Assembly (NCBI RefSeq): GCF_964194025.1
Contig: NC_134469.1
Location: 23,622,001 to 23,686,000, forward strand
DNA from: Convolutriloba macropyga
Taxonomy: Eukaryota
Direction: 5' to 3'
DNA: 64,000 bases
The position numbers were made by a program, and so were the translations under genes. Every line of letters begins with the position of its first letter. Position 1 is the first letter of the stretch. Positions 22,062-34,450 of this stretch are shown in pieces. The notes under the pieces are model-generated. The model did no database searches. It had not been told where the DNA came from and saw nothing but the letters and a program-made list of their open reading frames with translations.

Positions 22062-23363
22062 CAGACAATCCGCGTGAGGGACCTTTATCCCGCTTCGTGT
22101 TTGATTTCAAAGTCAAACTGTCCGAGCTTTTCTCTCCATTGGGCCAATAATCCGTCTGGTTCCTTAAAACTATATAACCACGTGAGGGCCCTATGGTCAG
22201 CAACAATTAAAAATTTTTGTCCCTGAAGATAATTTCTGAAGTGGTGAGTAAAATAAACTATTGCAAAAAGTTCTCGTTTTGTCGCAGAATAGTTTCGTTG
22301 ACTTTTGCTGAGCGTTTTGCTTGCGTAAGCAATAACTCTTTCACCCCATTGTTGTATTTGGGAAATAATTGCGGCAATGCCAAACAAAGAGGCGTAGGTG
22401 GTTAACGTATAGGGATCCATTTCATTCGGATAACCCAAAATTGGTGCTTTCTATAAAGCTTGTTTTCGTTGTTCAACTGCTGATTCACATTGCTTGCTCC
22501 AAGTAAAGCGTTCTTTTTTGTTTAATAGCTTATAAAGCGGCTCTGCTATTTTTCCGAAATCTTGTATGAATCTTCTGTAAAAGCCTACTAGTCCTAATAT
22601 AGCTCTCAATTCTTTTATTGTTCGTGGGCTTTTCATTTTACTGACTGTCGCTACTTTCTCCGGATCCACTTCAACGCCTTTATTTGATACAATGTGTCCC
22701 AGGAAATGAATTTTTTCCTAAAAAATAAACCTGCATTTTGAGCCTTTTATTTTCAATGCAGCGTCTTTAAGTCGCCCAAGTACAAGATCTAGGCAGTTGC
22801 GATGCTCCTCAAAGGATCTACCGAAGATGATTATGTCATCCAGGTATACTAAAGCCTTTTCGTAGGAGAGTCCCGACATGATCAATTCCATTAAATTTTG
22901 AAAAATTCCTGGCGCGGACGCCAAACCCATGGGTAGTCTCTTCCATTTGTAGAGTCCCATTGGAGTGTAGAGTTCTGTGACTCTTCATCGAGTGCGCCAT
23001 TTGAAAATATCCCGATGTCAAATCGATATTGAAAAAGTAACAATTTCCGTCTAGAGAGTCAATAACGTCATTTATTCTTGATAGCGGCCAACTGGTTTTC
23101 TCGATTTGTTTATTCAAACCTCTGTAATGTAAAACTGGTCTGTAGCTGCCATCTTTCTTCTTCACCAATATTGATGGTGCTGCCCAATACGAATGGGTTG
23201 GTTCAATTATTTTTGCATCCTTTAGATCTTCGACAATTTTTTTCATTGCTTTTCTTTTATCAAAACTCATACTGCAATAACTTTTTCTGAACGGCTGTGC
23301 ATCTTTGTTGAGTTAAATCTGGTGTTTAATTTTGTCAAAATATCCTAAGTCATTTGAGTTTCG
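22062..23363 (-). pseudogene. Gypsy reverse transcriptase and RNase H, multiply frameshifted
   Basis: SYWAAPSILVKKKDGSYR, IDLTSGYFQ, LPMGLASAP, YLDDIIIF, LGLVGFYRRFI, IAYASKTL, YSATKRELFAI, DHRAL. Confidence 0.93.
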
Positions 23364-24200
23364 TCAGAAGACTTGTTGATGTCTTGAGAACAATTCCTGT
23401 AATTTCTCCTGCTGGTCACTTAGTTTAGAACCTTCCAAGTTTGCGTGTTTTCCCATTTGAAAAGTTTCCAATGTTTTTGACTTATTTTGATTTGTGAAAA
23501 TTCCATTCACAACTAAGTTTTGTTTGTTTTCAAAGTAAGTTCCCACTTTAGTGCTTTTATACACGGTTACTGGTGCGTTCGTTAGATTTAACACTTTTAT
23601 CAAACTCCAACCATCTTCCATTGATATCATACAGGCGGCTAAAAGCAAACCAGTCTTTAATTCAAAATCTTCAATTGCTTCCACTAATTCTTCCACTCCC
23701 GGAATTTCTTCTCCGTTTTCATCAGCTAATCTGATTTTCATTAGACTTTCGTTTTTACTCTGTATATAAGTGTTTTGTCCCGCAATTGCAATAACTTGAA
23801 CACCTTGCGTTTTCTCTTTGGTGAGCGGTATTGAAATTTTAAATTGACTGCTATATAGTTTCGCTTCGTGTAAGTTCAATACACATTTATTGGTTTTCAG
23901 GAAATCAATTCCCAGCAGACATTCTATACCTTCGTCTGTCGTTATCACAAACTTTTGTTCAACCTCCGGTAGTCTTGGTTGCAACCGTACCAAAAGCGTT
24001 ACTCTGCCTATTATTTTGACAGCTGAGTTTTTGGCTGTTAACACTCGTTTTGTGTATGTTTGTACAATTCACGATTTTCCCAGTTTTTTGTATGTGGACC
24101 AGCTCGAAAGCGATATACTACTTCCACTGTCTTTTAACCCAACGCATCTGTTCCCGTGAAGTATGATTTCTGCGTTTAGACAGTTAATTGTGTTTGTCGA
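23364..24200 (-). pseudogene. Gypsy aspartic protease and linker
   Basis: GLKDSGSSISL catalytic motif near 24130; CLLGIDFL. Confidence 0.85.
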
Positions 24201-25193
24201 ACAAACTCTAATGACATTGCAATTCTCGGTGGTTTTCTTTTTAAAAGGGTAGTTTCTTTTCAAGTGTTGGGAACTTCCACATAGGAAACAATTTCGAAAA
24301 TTCCTCGAAAGGTGTCCTTCTTGTCCACAGGTTCTGCACTTGAAACTCTGCCTGTCGTTCCTCCTAGACGGTTCCTCTCTTCCAAAAGATCTGTCTTGGT
24401 GACTAGGCCCTGGCGTTGGAAATCGCCGCCGATCGTTAAACCCACGATCTTGTTGCTGTCCTCTGTCACGTCTTTCGTCACCCCACCGTCCTCGGGAACC
24501 GCTTCGCTCCCTAGATCGATTTCGACGGTTTTCTCGCTGTTTGTTATCTACTGACAATTGGTTCACAAGCTTGGTGACGGCCTCCACTAAATCTTTTGTT
24601 TCATCTCGTCTAATTACCGCAACTTTTGGTGTTCGCTCTTCCTCCTCTATTCTTGTTACAGCTTCCAGATGCAATGCTCTTTCCAAAACTGTTTCAATTT
24701 TCATATCCTTGACGCCGATTTGCTTTCTGAGATCTAACCTCATCTGACTATGGTTGATTCCTTCTAGAAATCATCTCAGAACGAGATGGTCTCTAATCTC
24801 TTGCGACTCCGTTGGGTAAGCTTTCAAAGCCAACTGCTTTAAATCTCCCAGAAAATCTGTCAGTTTTTCTCCTGGTTGCTGTACGCGGCGAGCTAGCCGT
24901 CCCCGGAAAACGACCGGTATTTCGCTGTAGTGTTCTCAAAAAGCTTTAACGCACTCATCATAATTTTCTCGTGTAGCTTGCGGTAGAGTGCGATAGAACT
25001 CTATGGCAGATTTTTGTAGCCTAAGTGCAAAGTAATGCTGCCGTTCATCAACTTTGCGAGCCGGATTTCCTTCAGTTCTTCTCCACTTTTGTAGTTCCGC
25101 TAATAGCTCAAAATTCGTCACGTAACTTTCCAAGTCATTTGAACCGGTAAATGCTTCCGGTAATAGCATTCTAGAGGTTGAGCCCGTTGCCAT
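24201..25193 (-). pseudogene. Gypsy gag (capsid + two degenerate zinc knuckles), disrupted
   Basis: PEAFTGSNDLESYVTNFELLAELQKW; CRTCGQEGHLSRNF and CFLCGSSQHLKRNY. Confidence 0.88.
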
Positions 25194-26219
25194 TTTATTG
25201 TTCCCCTACTTGTATTGTGCCCTTTTAAAACTTTGTTAAGTTGTCGAAATTAATAGTTTCTACAAAATAATTATCAAGTAGATTGTCACTGGAAGGTGTT
25301 TTCTATTTTTATCTATTAATTTCTATAGCACTCTGTTTATTTTAATGTTTAAAATACTTCTGTTTATAAAAATCTAACGCTTATTTCAATACGGAATTTT
25401 TTTTTTTTACTTATTTATTTACTTTTCTTTATTTTTAAGGAAGTTTTAATTTACAGTCTTATAGACGACTGTCCCACCTAATTTCTCTTTTTTTATTTTA
25501 ATATGATTCTGTCCGAACTTCGATTTTCCTTTTTTATTGATGTTTTTAATATATTTTCTTTTCTATTTACGGCAAGGATGATATTAGGTGCTTTAGTTTT
25601 CTTTTACTTATTATGCTTATAGTTACCTGATCAACTTTTTTTCGCTTTATTTTCTCTTTTTTTTAATGGTAGTTTCAGAAAAAGTAAATATATAACTTTC
25701 AGCAACTGTTTCAATTGATTTAACAACGCGACTATCCCGCACTGTTTTTTCCGATGGTTATGCCGCTCGTTTTCTAAAAGTCAATTTAGTAACTAAAGTC
25801 AAAAGAAAAAAATATTTCTTAGACTAATAAGAATTACGCAGTGGCGATCAGTTTCAAATACGAACGACTAAAACAAGATAGAACTCTTTATTTCTACTCA
25901 CTTGGTATGATGCGGTCTTTCCTTACAGGGAAGTTTCCTTGTCCACCATTAAGTAAAAGATAGCACCACGCTAGTAATTTCTCACTTGTTTTCCTGCGAC
26001 TGATGTCCTGTGACTGATGTCCTCCGCTGTGGCTTCTGCAATTGATATCCACAAAAATTGGTGGAAATTGGTGGTAATTGAAGATTTGTTATCATAAATA
26101 TTTGTGTTTGTTTTGAGAATAATTCGATTCTCGGAGTTTTTGGGGTAAAAGTGCTTTTTATTTGCGTCTCCCTACCGACAAATTTGTTAAAGATTTTAAA
26201 TTGTTAACTTTCCTTTAAA

Positions 26220-26231
26220 TCTCTGTCGCCA
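26220..26231 (-). promoter_or_regulatory. Primer-binding site
   Basis: Minus strand TGGCGACAGAGA begins 1 nt after the LTR end (...ATTACA c TGG). Confidence 0.8.
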
Positions 26232-26232
26232 G

Positions 26233-26549
26233 TGTAATATCCGTGCACTGTCTACGGTTACGGTTTGGGTTGGATATTCTTAAGCACTTTAAACCTCGGA
26301 GTTACTGAGGAAAATTCAGACTTGTTTCAGACTTGAATTTAATAGAGCAGTTGTAAATGTACAATCAGTTTAATACAAAGTTAGAACTATTGCTTATAAA
26401 TATTAGAAGTTTTGTGAAGATGAGAAATGTAAAGCAATTAAAGAGAGGCAGCTCGATTGTGTAAGGTTTAGTTTTGAATACGTTCTTTGGTTTCAGTTCT
26501 ATCAATGGTTAATTAATCTTAGGTTATTTTTACCCATTTTCGTTAATCT
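26233..26549 (-). repeat. 5' LTR, truncated on its outer side by a LINE fragment
   Basis: 3 substitutions + one 3-nt indel versus 17175-17494. Confidence 0.92.
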
Positions 26550-27560
26550 GTGCCCCTGAGTCAGTTTGTGCCCCTGAGTCAGTCCAGTTTCAGTTGTCAA
26601 GTTTTTTTCCAATTGTTGCAATTGTCACATCTCCAAATTATACGCCAAGAGCAATTGTTTGTCAGGCGGAATTGAGTTGTGAAAAAAAGTGCCAGTATGA
26701 TTTTGTGGTAGTGTCTTTGTTTAATTTGCCTCCAAATTTTTGAATAATTCTACTTACAACGTTGCACAGTTGTTTCGTTCGGTGGAAGAAGTTTTCGTCG
26801 GATTTGACTAGTCGATTTTTTTCGATTTTCAGTTCACCTCTACAGTGTTGCCTTGTCCTCTCGTCTTCAAGGGTTTTAAAATCTGTCGGAATGTCAAATT
26901 CATTACGTGTAGTAGCTAGGAAGAGAAGAAGATCATGCAGTTCAACGTAGTGACAGATTGGGAGGAGTTTTAGGCTAATGAGACGTTCTTTGTAACTTTG
27001 AAGTGAGTTTCCTAGAATCCATTTAGTAGCCATGATCTGCGCTTTTTCAATTTTGTACATGTTGGTGCGGTTTGGCAACCGTGCTTGTGAGCAGTACGTC
27101 AGGATTGGAACAACATGACCAGCAAAGCAGTTCATTTTGGTTGACGTTGAGTTGATTGCCGAAATATTTCGTTTTATTTGGAAAAAAGCACTGGTCACTT
27201 TTTTTCACTCTGTGGTCGCAGTTGCCTTGCCATGAGAGATTTGATGTAATTATTAATCCAAGGTCTGTTTGGGATTCAGTTGGTTTCACTTCCTGGCCAC
27301 ACATAGTTGTCGTGAGATTACCTCTAACAATTAACAACTTGCATTTGTTCACATTTAACTCCATTCCATTCTCTCGGCACCAGTCTCCAATATTTTTTGC
27401 ACTTCTGTCCATTTTTGCTTGATCATGAACAATGAACTTATAGTCGTCTGCAAATCCAAAGCCTTCAATATCGGGGTTTGCGTCTGGCAAGTCATTTATA
27501 AAAATTAAGAACAGCAGTGGTCCAAGTATGGAACCTTGTGGGACTCCACTTGTTACGTTC
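26550..27560 (-). mobile_element. 5'-truncated CR1/L2-group LINE (RT C-terminal half + 3' UTR)
   Basis: VTSGVPQGSILGPLLFLIFINDLP, FADD, DLGL, terminal WRIIWRCDNC; duplicated GTGCCCCTGAGTCAGT at its 3' end. Confidence 0.9.
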
Positions 27561-28249
27561 TCCAAACTAGTATAATGGCACCTGCTCTGTAATTGGGGTT
27601 GCTTAGCGTACTGGGAGGGGGGACAAACGGAAAACATCCAAAAATGATTTGGCTAACATAAAACAACAGGCAACTAATGTAAGACTGATTTCTCTCGAAT
27701 GAAGGCAGGCTTGATTCCATAGTAGACTGCTTCAATCAGGGAGTAATTAACAGGATTAACGGGTAATAGGTTCACTAAGGGTCTCCAAATGAATTTATTA
27801 AGGATTATATAGGCCACTAAAAAGATTAAGAGTGAAAAATAAAACCGTGGCAGTTTAATTTGATTTCAGTAGTGAACCGCTAGAACTGCATTCATTAGAA
27901 TTGGATTCATTACAATTGGTATCCGGGTTTTTTAGGTAACAAAGCGTGTCGTCTCACAAAGTAAACACCGATTCAAGTGGTGTCTAAAGCAGAACAGAGC
28001 CCTGCATCAGGAGGCGTCACAAGAATTTCACATTGGAAGTTGTATGGAAGCGCTCAGACGACCTAACACGGCTATTGAACAGAGGTAGAGGTAAACGGAA
28101 AGTAGGTAAGAAACAGCGAAAACCCAGACAGAAGCGTCAAGCTAAGGAAGCCGACAGGTTACTCACGGACGGTGTTGTCCGCAGTACTGGTGGAATTTCT
28201 GCGCGAGATTTAGATGTCAGCTCCAATTATGCCAGTCATTTGGATCAGA

Positions 28250-31180
28250 CTTGCTCTACAAATCATGAAAAATGGAAGGCGTACTTAGAACACGCGAAAT
28301 GTCAGGAAAAACTTGTGAATGCAAACGTAAGAATAATTTTTCTTGAAAACTGTTCGAATAACGATTTGATTCCCCATTTTCTAAATTTTCTTGTTCCGAA
28401 AACAAACGTTTTTTTCTGAGCAAGCGTTGCGTAATTCCAGCTAAGGTTATTAAAGGAAGAGCTATAAAATGCTAGAAAAAACGCGGAGATAGCAAAGAGG
28501 AATGTCCAAAGTAGCAGGTTAACACTAACCGAAAACATCAATCGCATATGTCTGTTACCAATTGCTTTCAATTTGAGCACAAAATATCAATCGCTTATGG
28601 CAGAACAAAAAACGAAAACGCTTTCGAAGCTGGAAAACTTTTAGACAAGATAAACTGCTTCGTGAGACAAACATTTTTGCAATCGGAACACTCGGTTGTA
28701 TAGGATTGCCGTTTTTGTCAAAGAAATGCTCTTATTGTCCAAAACCTCCATTCAAGGACGAAATCCATTTTCTGGCAGATGTGGATAATCTTGTCCGATC
28801 ATCACCTGAAAACGAAACTTCTGGTGAAAAACTTTGCGATATCGAGTCTGCAACCAAGCGATAAACCTAAAGGGTGTGTGCGTGTGAGAGAGAGAGAGAA
28901 AGAGACGAATAGACCACGGTCCTGTCAAGCTGACCTCGAGGTTCATCTCAACGACAACAAATTTTTGGCTGCGCTTTGTGACAAAAGAATGGTTTTTGCG
29001 TAACAAAGAATGACAAAGATGTGCGCAAAAATTCCTGGTTGTACTTCGTTGTCCGCAATTTAAAGAGTTGGAAAATGAGAACGATAATATAATTGTAAAA
29101 GTTGAAAAAAACAGCACCTTGATAGAAATGAGAAAACAGGAGTTGATAAATACGAATGTACCACAGATTCCGAACAACAGGAGCGCAATATGTTCGTCTG
29201 TATAGTTAAGCAAAAGTTCACAAAATAGACAAGCCACTGACACTGGTTCTGTCGATTGCTGGAAGTAGCTACCACAACTCAAAATCAATTTCTCCCGCCA
29301 GTTTTTGAGAAGTGACCCAGATTGAACATTGAAACATCCACACCTGATGCACGTAATGAATTTGAGCTCTCTGTGCACAACAAACAGATAGTCTTGCAAG
29401 ACGTATAATGTTTATACACGAATGTGCCTGTTCCGGAAAAGATAGAAATAGCTCTAAGATGGCTTGATTCAAGTGACCATACTCCAGATATAGAACGATA
29501 GACATTAAATATTATGTAAAAATTGGCTGTAACGAATTAATTTTCAAGTATAAAAATAAAAGGTACTGCCAAGTTGACGGCCTAGCCATGGGTGCATCTT
29601 TGGCGGTGATCTTTGGCATCAAAATTGCCGATGAAATTTTTCAAAAGTAAACTAAAGGATCAAGTGGTAGTCAGGAGCAAAGCTTGAAGAAAGATTTCAA
29701 TGAAAAACGCCCTAATTGTTTAAGAAAATTAGATAAGGAATAGAAAAAGGTTTGAATGTTAAGGATGCAGAATTTGGTTTTTTGCGAAGTGCAAGAAAAT
29801 AAGCAATGAAGAATGTAGAGAAACGGGGGATATTGTTTGGTTCTGCTGTCACTGCAACCAATTACCAAAAACAAAAGTCAAACTGAGGAGAAGGTTTTTT
29901 ATGCAATATTTTCACAATACTGTATTTACCACAAAATCGAAAAACAAAGATTTGCTCGAAAAAAGTTAACGCATTGCACAAAAATTTTCAGTATAAATTG
30001 GGAAATATACATGTAAACGACGAAATTGCTTTTCTTGAAATGAATATATGTTTAACAAAAGAAAAAGAATCGTGCAAACAGTACCTCAAATCTACTGATA
30101 CCTCTTCAGTTTTAAAAGTTAGTAAATGTGCCGCAATGCAACATAAAAGAAATTTAGTGGAAGGCACCGTGCATGGTTTTTCTTTCGCACGATTTATTAG
30201 AAAAGTTTTGACGAGGCGAGGCGCTTAAAACCAATCAGGATATTTGGTTTAAAAATCAATACCACAAAAATTAGACTGCAAAAATAGTAAACAAAACTCC
30301 CGAATTGCTTGCGATAGGGAAACAAAAAGCCTCAAATACTGAGAAAAGTTATATAGCATTGGCAAAAAAACTGAGAAGAAATCTCCAGCTTTTACTAAAA
30401 TACAGAAGCAATTTAAGCGTGCAGTTTCAAGAAATACTACAAAAAATAATTTGGTTAAAAGGGATCTGTTCAACAGGGAAAACAAAAACTTGCTTGCTTT
30501 CGCTTGAGTCGAGTTTCAATTAAAATCTGAAATATCACGTGGTTTATGAAATTTTTTGGAGTGGATGTGAATCCACCCATTTCGGGCAGACATATTGTCA
30601 TGTAACATCGAGAACAACAGATCTCCAGAATTTTAATTCACCGAGTTGGCAATAGTTTAGCAACTGATGAGGTTCGTCAAAGGCTTTTGATTGGTGAATC
30701 ATTGACCAGAGCACCGACACTAAAAATCTGATCACCCTGGAGGCATTACACATAAAGCAATCAAATCGAAGTTAAGCACGCGCGAAAAATATTGACGACG
30801 GGAGCCAGCACTCAAATGTTGTTCCGTTTGTCGTAATTCGGCTTGCTCGGGAATAAATTTTAACAAACATTATTTGGAAAAAAGCAAAAAATTACGTTTC
30901 CGTCGGAAAATAGTCCCTCAAACTTTCAAAAAAGGAAAAATTTTAGCAATTTGTTTCGAAAGTTGAAGCTTAAGGGTTTTTAAAGTTCAAATTTTATTCC
31001 AAACAAGTGAATCAATTCCAAAAACTCGAAATTTCAAATTTGTAATTATTGTTGATAAATTTTTACTTTGCTTGAAAACACTCATAAAGTAAAGTTGATA
31101 AACTGACGATGCCAGGTATAGCGAAAAGGTTCCTTTTAAATTTGGAATTAAACTAATTGGCTTTCAATTTAATTAGTAGT
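28250..31180 (+). mobile_element. Decayed Penelope-like element (RT with PHD insertion + GIY-YIG endonuclease)
   Basis: IIFLENCSNNDLIPHFL N-terminus; DGLAMGASLAVI (29577-29612); NALHKNFQY, IAFLEMNI, YLKSTDT; HVVYEIFWSGCESTHFGQT (~30536-30592); LEALHI. Confidence 0.85.
31098..31140 (+). ncRNA. Degenerate minimal hammerhead ribozyme core (Penelope pLTR)
   Basis: CTGACGA (31103-31109), short GC/GC stem II, GAAA (31123-31126), then AGGTTC; located downstream of the GIY-YIG. Confidence 0.55.
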
Positions 31181-31282
31181 CAATTGTCACAACTTAAGAT
31201 CAGCACTAAAAATTTCAATTAAAAACTAAACTTTTTCAAGGTTTTGATTAAACTTAGAAAATGATTCGAAATAGTCTTTCAG

Positions 31283-32330
31283 ATGGTTTTTAACGCAAAA
31301 TCTAAATATCTGGCATTCGATCAAGTGCTTGAAATGAACAAGACATCCTGGACAATATATCGGTATCCAGATGAATGGTCTTCAAAAATAATGAACCAAA
31401 TTTTACAAAAGATAATAATTTGCAATAAAAGTCAGTTGATAACAACACCAAAAAAGCATAAAAAAACTAAATCTCATGAAAAACCAACAAAATTTTTAAA
31501 AAAACAGATGCAACTTTTATCAAATTGGGCCTGCAAAATGAAGAAACTAAGTGACTTGCAAGTGGTATTCATGCAAAAATTAAGATCATGCCTTACCACC
31601 CTAAAATCATATTTCGATAGAAACCTGAAACCTGTATTTGACATAAAATAATGAATGCGGATCCATCTACGCTGGGCAGACAAGCTGGCATGTCATCACT
31701 AGGATATCAGAAAATCAAAAGAAGGATTCACTGGTTGGTCAATATATTGTTGAATGTAGTGGCTCCACAAATGACTTTGAACCAAAAATTCTTTATGCAT
31801 GTCGCACAGGAGAGACACTCATGCCCTTCGAAGTTATAAACATCAGCACTTTGAAGCAGAGACAAAACACATGCGTTGAACATAGTAGGAGGCGGGAACT
31901 CACGCGAAAATATTAGTTCAAATCATAATTTAATTTGGGAAAAAATAGGGATGACAAAACAAATGTTTGCAAATCCCAACAAGAGGCATACTTAGGGTTA
32001 CAGCAATTTTGGAACTACTCTAGAAATACAAAAACATGGTCAAAATAAAAAGAAAATTAGGAATAGGAATGTTTTAGAGAACTTGATAACAGGTGAAAAT
32101 ATGAGTTGTAAATAGGCTAAAAATTGCATAATTGGAAAATTTTCACTTGATTTTTTTAAGATAGTTCCTAGAATTGTTTAAATTGTGGTCTCAGACAAAT
32201 GTATATACATATTCTTTTAATTTTTAACAATTTGTGAAACAGTATCAACCTGACGATGAACGTCAAGATCGAAAACGTTTGTTTTAAAGATCAGTATTGC
32301 TTTTAGATTGACAAATATGTTTGTTCTACA
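31283..32330 (+). mobile_element. Second Penelope-like 3' fragment (thumb/linker + GIY-YIG + pLTR)
   Basis: YPDEWS, LKSYFDRNLK, CGSIYAGQTSWHVITRISE, RRELT; parallels the 3' end of the preceding element. Confidence 0.78.
32247..32283 (+). ncRNA. Minimal type I hammerhead ribozyme (Penelope pLTR)
   Basis: AAC-CTGACGA-T-GA...TC-GAAA-ACGT-TT-GTT: conserved core, stem I AAC/GTT, palindromic stem III AAACGTTT. Confidence 0.68.
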
Positions 32331-32399
32331 TAAAATACCAGATTTGATAAGCAGCTCTGCCACCTTTTTAATCTCGCGTTTCTGCGATCAAAAATTTGG

Positions 32400-34450
32400 C
32401 TCAAGGACAGATGAATCTGTTGAACGGTATATTATTGGTTGAAATTATGACTTGTACGTAGCCAAAATACTTGCAACCATAGCACAAGGAAATTAGACAT
32501 CTTAAGAACAACACTAATGACGTCATTCATAGCTCATCAAGCATGTATCTATTGTCACTCCTTTATGTTTAACCTCTGTGACATTTTGCTAATCTTTCAT
32601 TTTCTAAAGCAAAACCTTTGAGCTCGATTTCCTAAACCAAATAATTTGAAACTTTTTCTGATTCCGCTTAAGATTACTGTACAAAAGATTGGCACCCTCT
32701 GCGCACACAAAGTTTTTACAACTTTGAATTGATCCGGCAGAGCGTTTACCTAAATAACAGAGAGCAGTGGAACAAGAACAACTCCCCGAACCTTAATTGC
32801 ATTTAAAAACCAGAACTTAAATTGGTTGCACTTAAATAGATGATATCTTGACTGGACCAAATTCACTTTAAATTACTGCCCTTAATTTCCAGACAGCTTG
32901 AAAACCATTCCAATACCAATCATGGACTCAAGTCAGTTGTACTTTGATTTGAATGATATATTTTATCGAATGCCTTACTAAAGTCCAGGGAAAACGAAAG
33001 TGCTGTTGTTTACGAAGCTCGCGTAGGTTTTTGGTAATCTCAGCTTATAGTGACATTTTTCTAGATTTTTGTTGGAACACAAACTGTCTTTTGTGCAGCA
33101 GTCGTTCGACCCACGAGAACAATCTAGAAATAAATAATTTTTGAATGATGAGTGGCAGAGTTAATAATGGTCTATAGGTATTCACGTCGTTTGATGTTGT
33201 TCCTTCGAAAATAGGATAGACCTTAGCAAGTTTTGAAAAATCAATGAAAGATGCAGTTTGAAATGACAAGTTATTTGTGGATGCTAAGATATTAAGAATT
33301 GATGGAGCCATCATCCGATATTTTGTTAGCCGATAGTTCATCTATTCTTTGTCCTTTATAGAACGCAAAGCAAACGAAAAATGGTAGAGCTGCCAGTTTG
33401 TGCAAGAATAGGAAATATAGATTTAAGATTGTCAAAAACACAAGCAGTTACAATAATACTAACACTAAAATGTCTGCCGGAACCAATTTGTGATAAAAAA
33501 GAAGTGAAAAACTTTGCGGCCTGTTCGTCGTAGCTGATATCTCCTTCAAACGTTTTCAATTTAATTCGTTTGCAGGGCTGTGAAAGACTTGACAGATCTT
33601 CTCAAGCTTCAGAAAAGTGTTATAAATTTGGTGAGAAAAACTGTTGATAGAACAAAGTCTTTTTCGCGTATAAACAATTTTTTGTTGCTTTGTGAAGCTC
33701 TCAAAATATTGAAAGTTCTTTAATATTTACTCAAAAGGAACATTTTTTTCCAAGACACTTCTTCACAGTATAAAAAACAAGGAAACATACTCCTTTTCAC
33801 TCTGCGCATTTTTTGGACAGCGTACACATTGGTGATAGCACTTGGGAATAAACAAAAAATAAACATTATGATATGAACCACCATGCAACTAGAATATAAG
33901 TTCTTCAGGCGGGAAGAAAACCATTTCATTAAATTCAAAAAAAACTAGTTTTATTGTCCAAAAAACTAGAAAGCAGTTTTTGATAATTTTATGTTTATCT
34001 CAATCAAATAAGCTAGTTTTATGGTTTTAGTGATGGCATAGTGATTCGGAGTTGCTAACTGAACATCATTACAGACTGCAGATAAGTACGAACTGCACAA
34101 GACATGATCCATAAATATAGTTGATGTCTCAGGTACACGCTTTTGAGAATGAATAAAATGCCAAAAAAGTGCATTTTGAAAGCTTTTTTTATTAAAAGGC
34201 TTTGGTTTCGTCTTTCTAAAACAAATTTATAGTTATATCTCATAGCCGGAACAATTTTTAGTTGATAAGGTGAAACTGTCTTAGGAATGATTCAAAGAGA
34301 GGAGATGTTACACATCTTCGGAATGTAAATTCAAATGATTTCACCTTCTAACAAGGCAGTTGTTTTTCACAACGTAGACAAATGCGTCAACAACGGCATA
34401 TATAGCGACAATTGTGGCAAGTCGTAGTCTAAGATCAGTCACCGATAATT
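32400..34450 (-). mobile_element. Heavily decayed CR1/L2-group LINE ORF2
   Basis: VYPIFEG...NTYRPL, HKRQFVF, LDFSKAFDK (~32962-32988); many stops; boundaries approximate. Confidence 0.7.

Larger units (their letters stand above)
17175..26549 (-). mobile_element. Ty3/Gypsy LTR retroelement with chuvirus-like env and an extra J-domain ORF
   Basis: Paired LTRs, PBS, PPT, gag-PR-RT-RH-IN order, plus two additional ORFs between IN and the 3' LTR. Confidence 0.95.

Noticed and set aside
30662-30685. CTGATGA as a third hammerhead core
   Set aside because: It lies within the GIY-YIG coding remnant and lacks a properly placed stem II-GAAA
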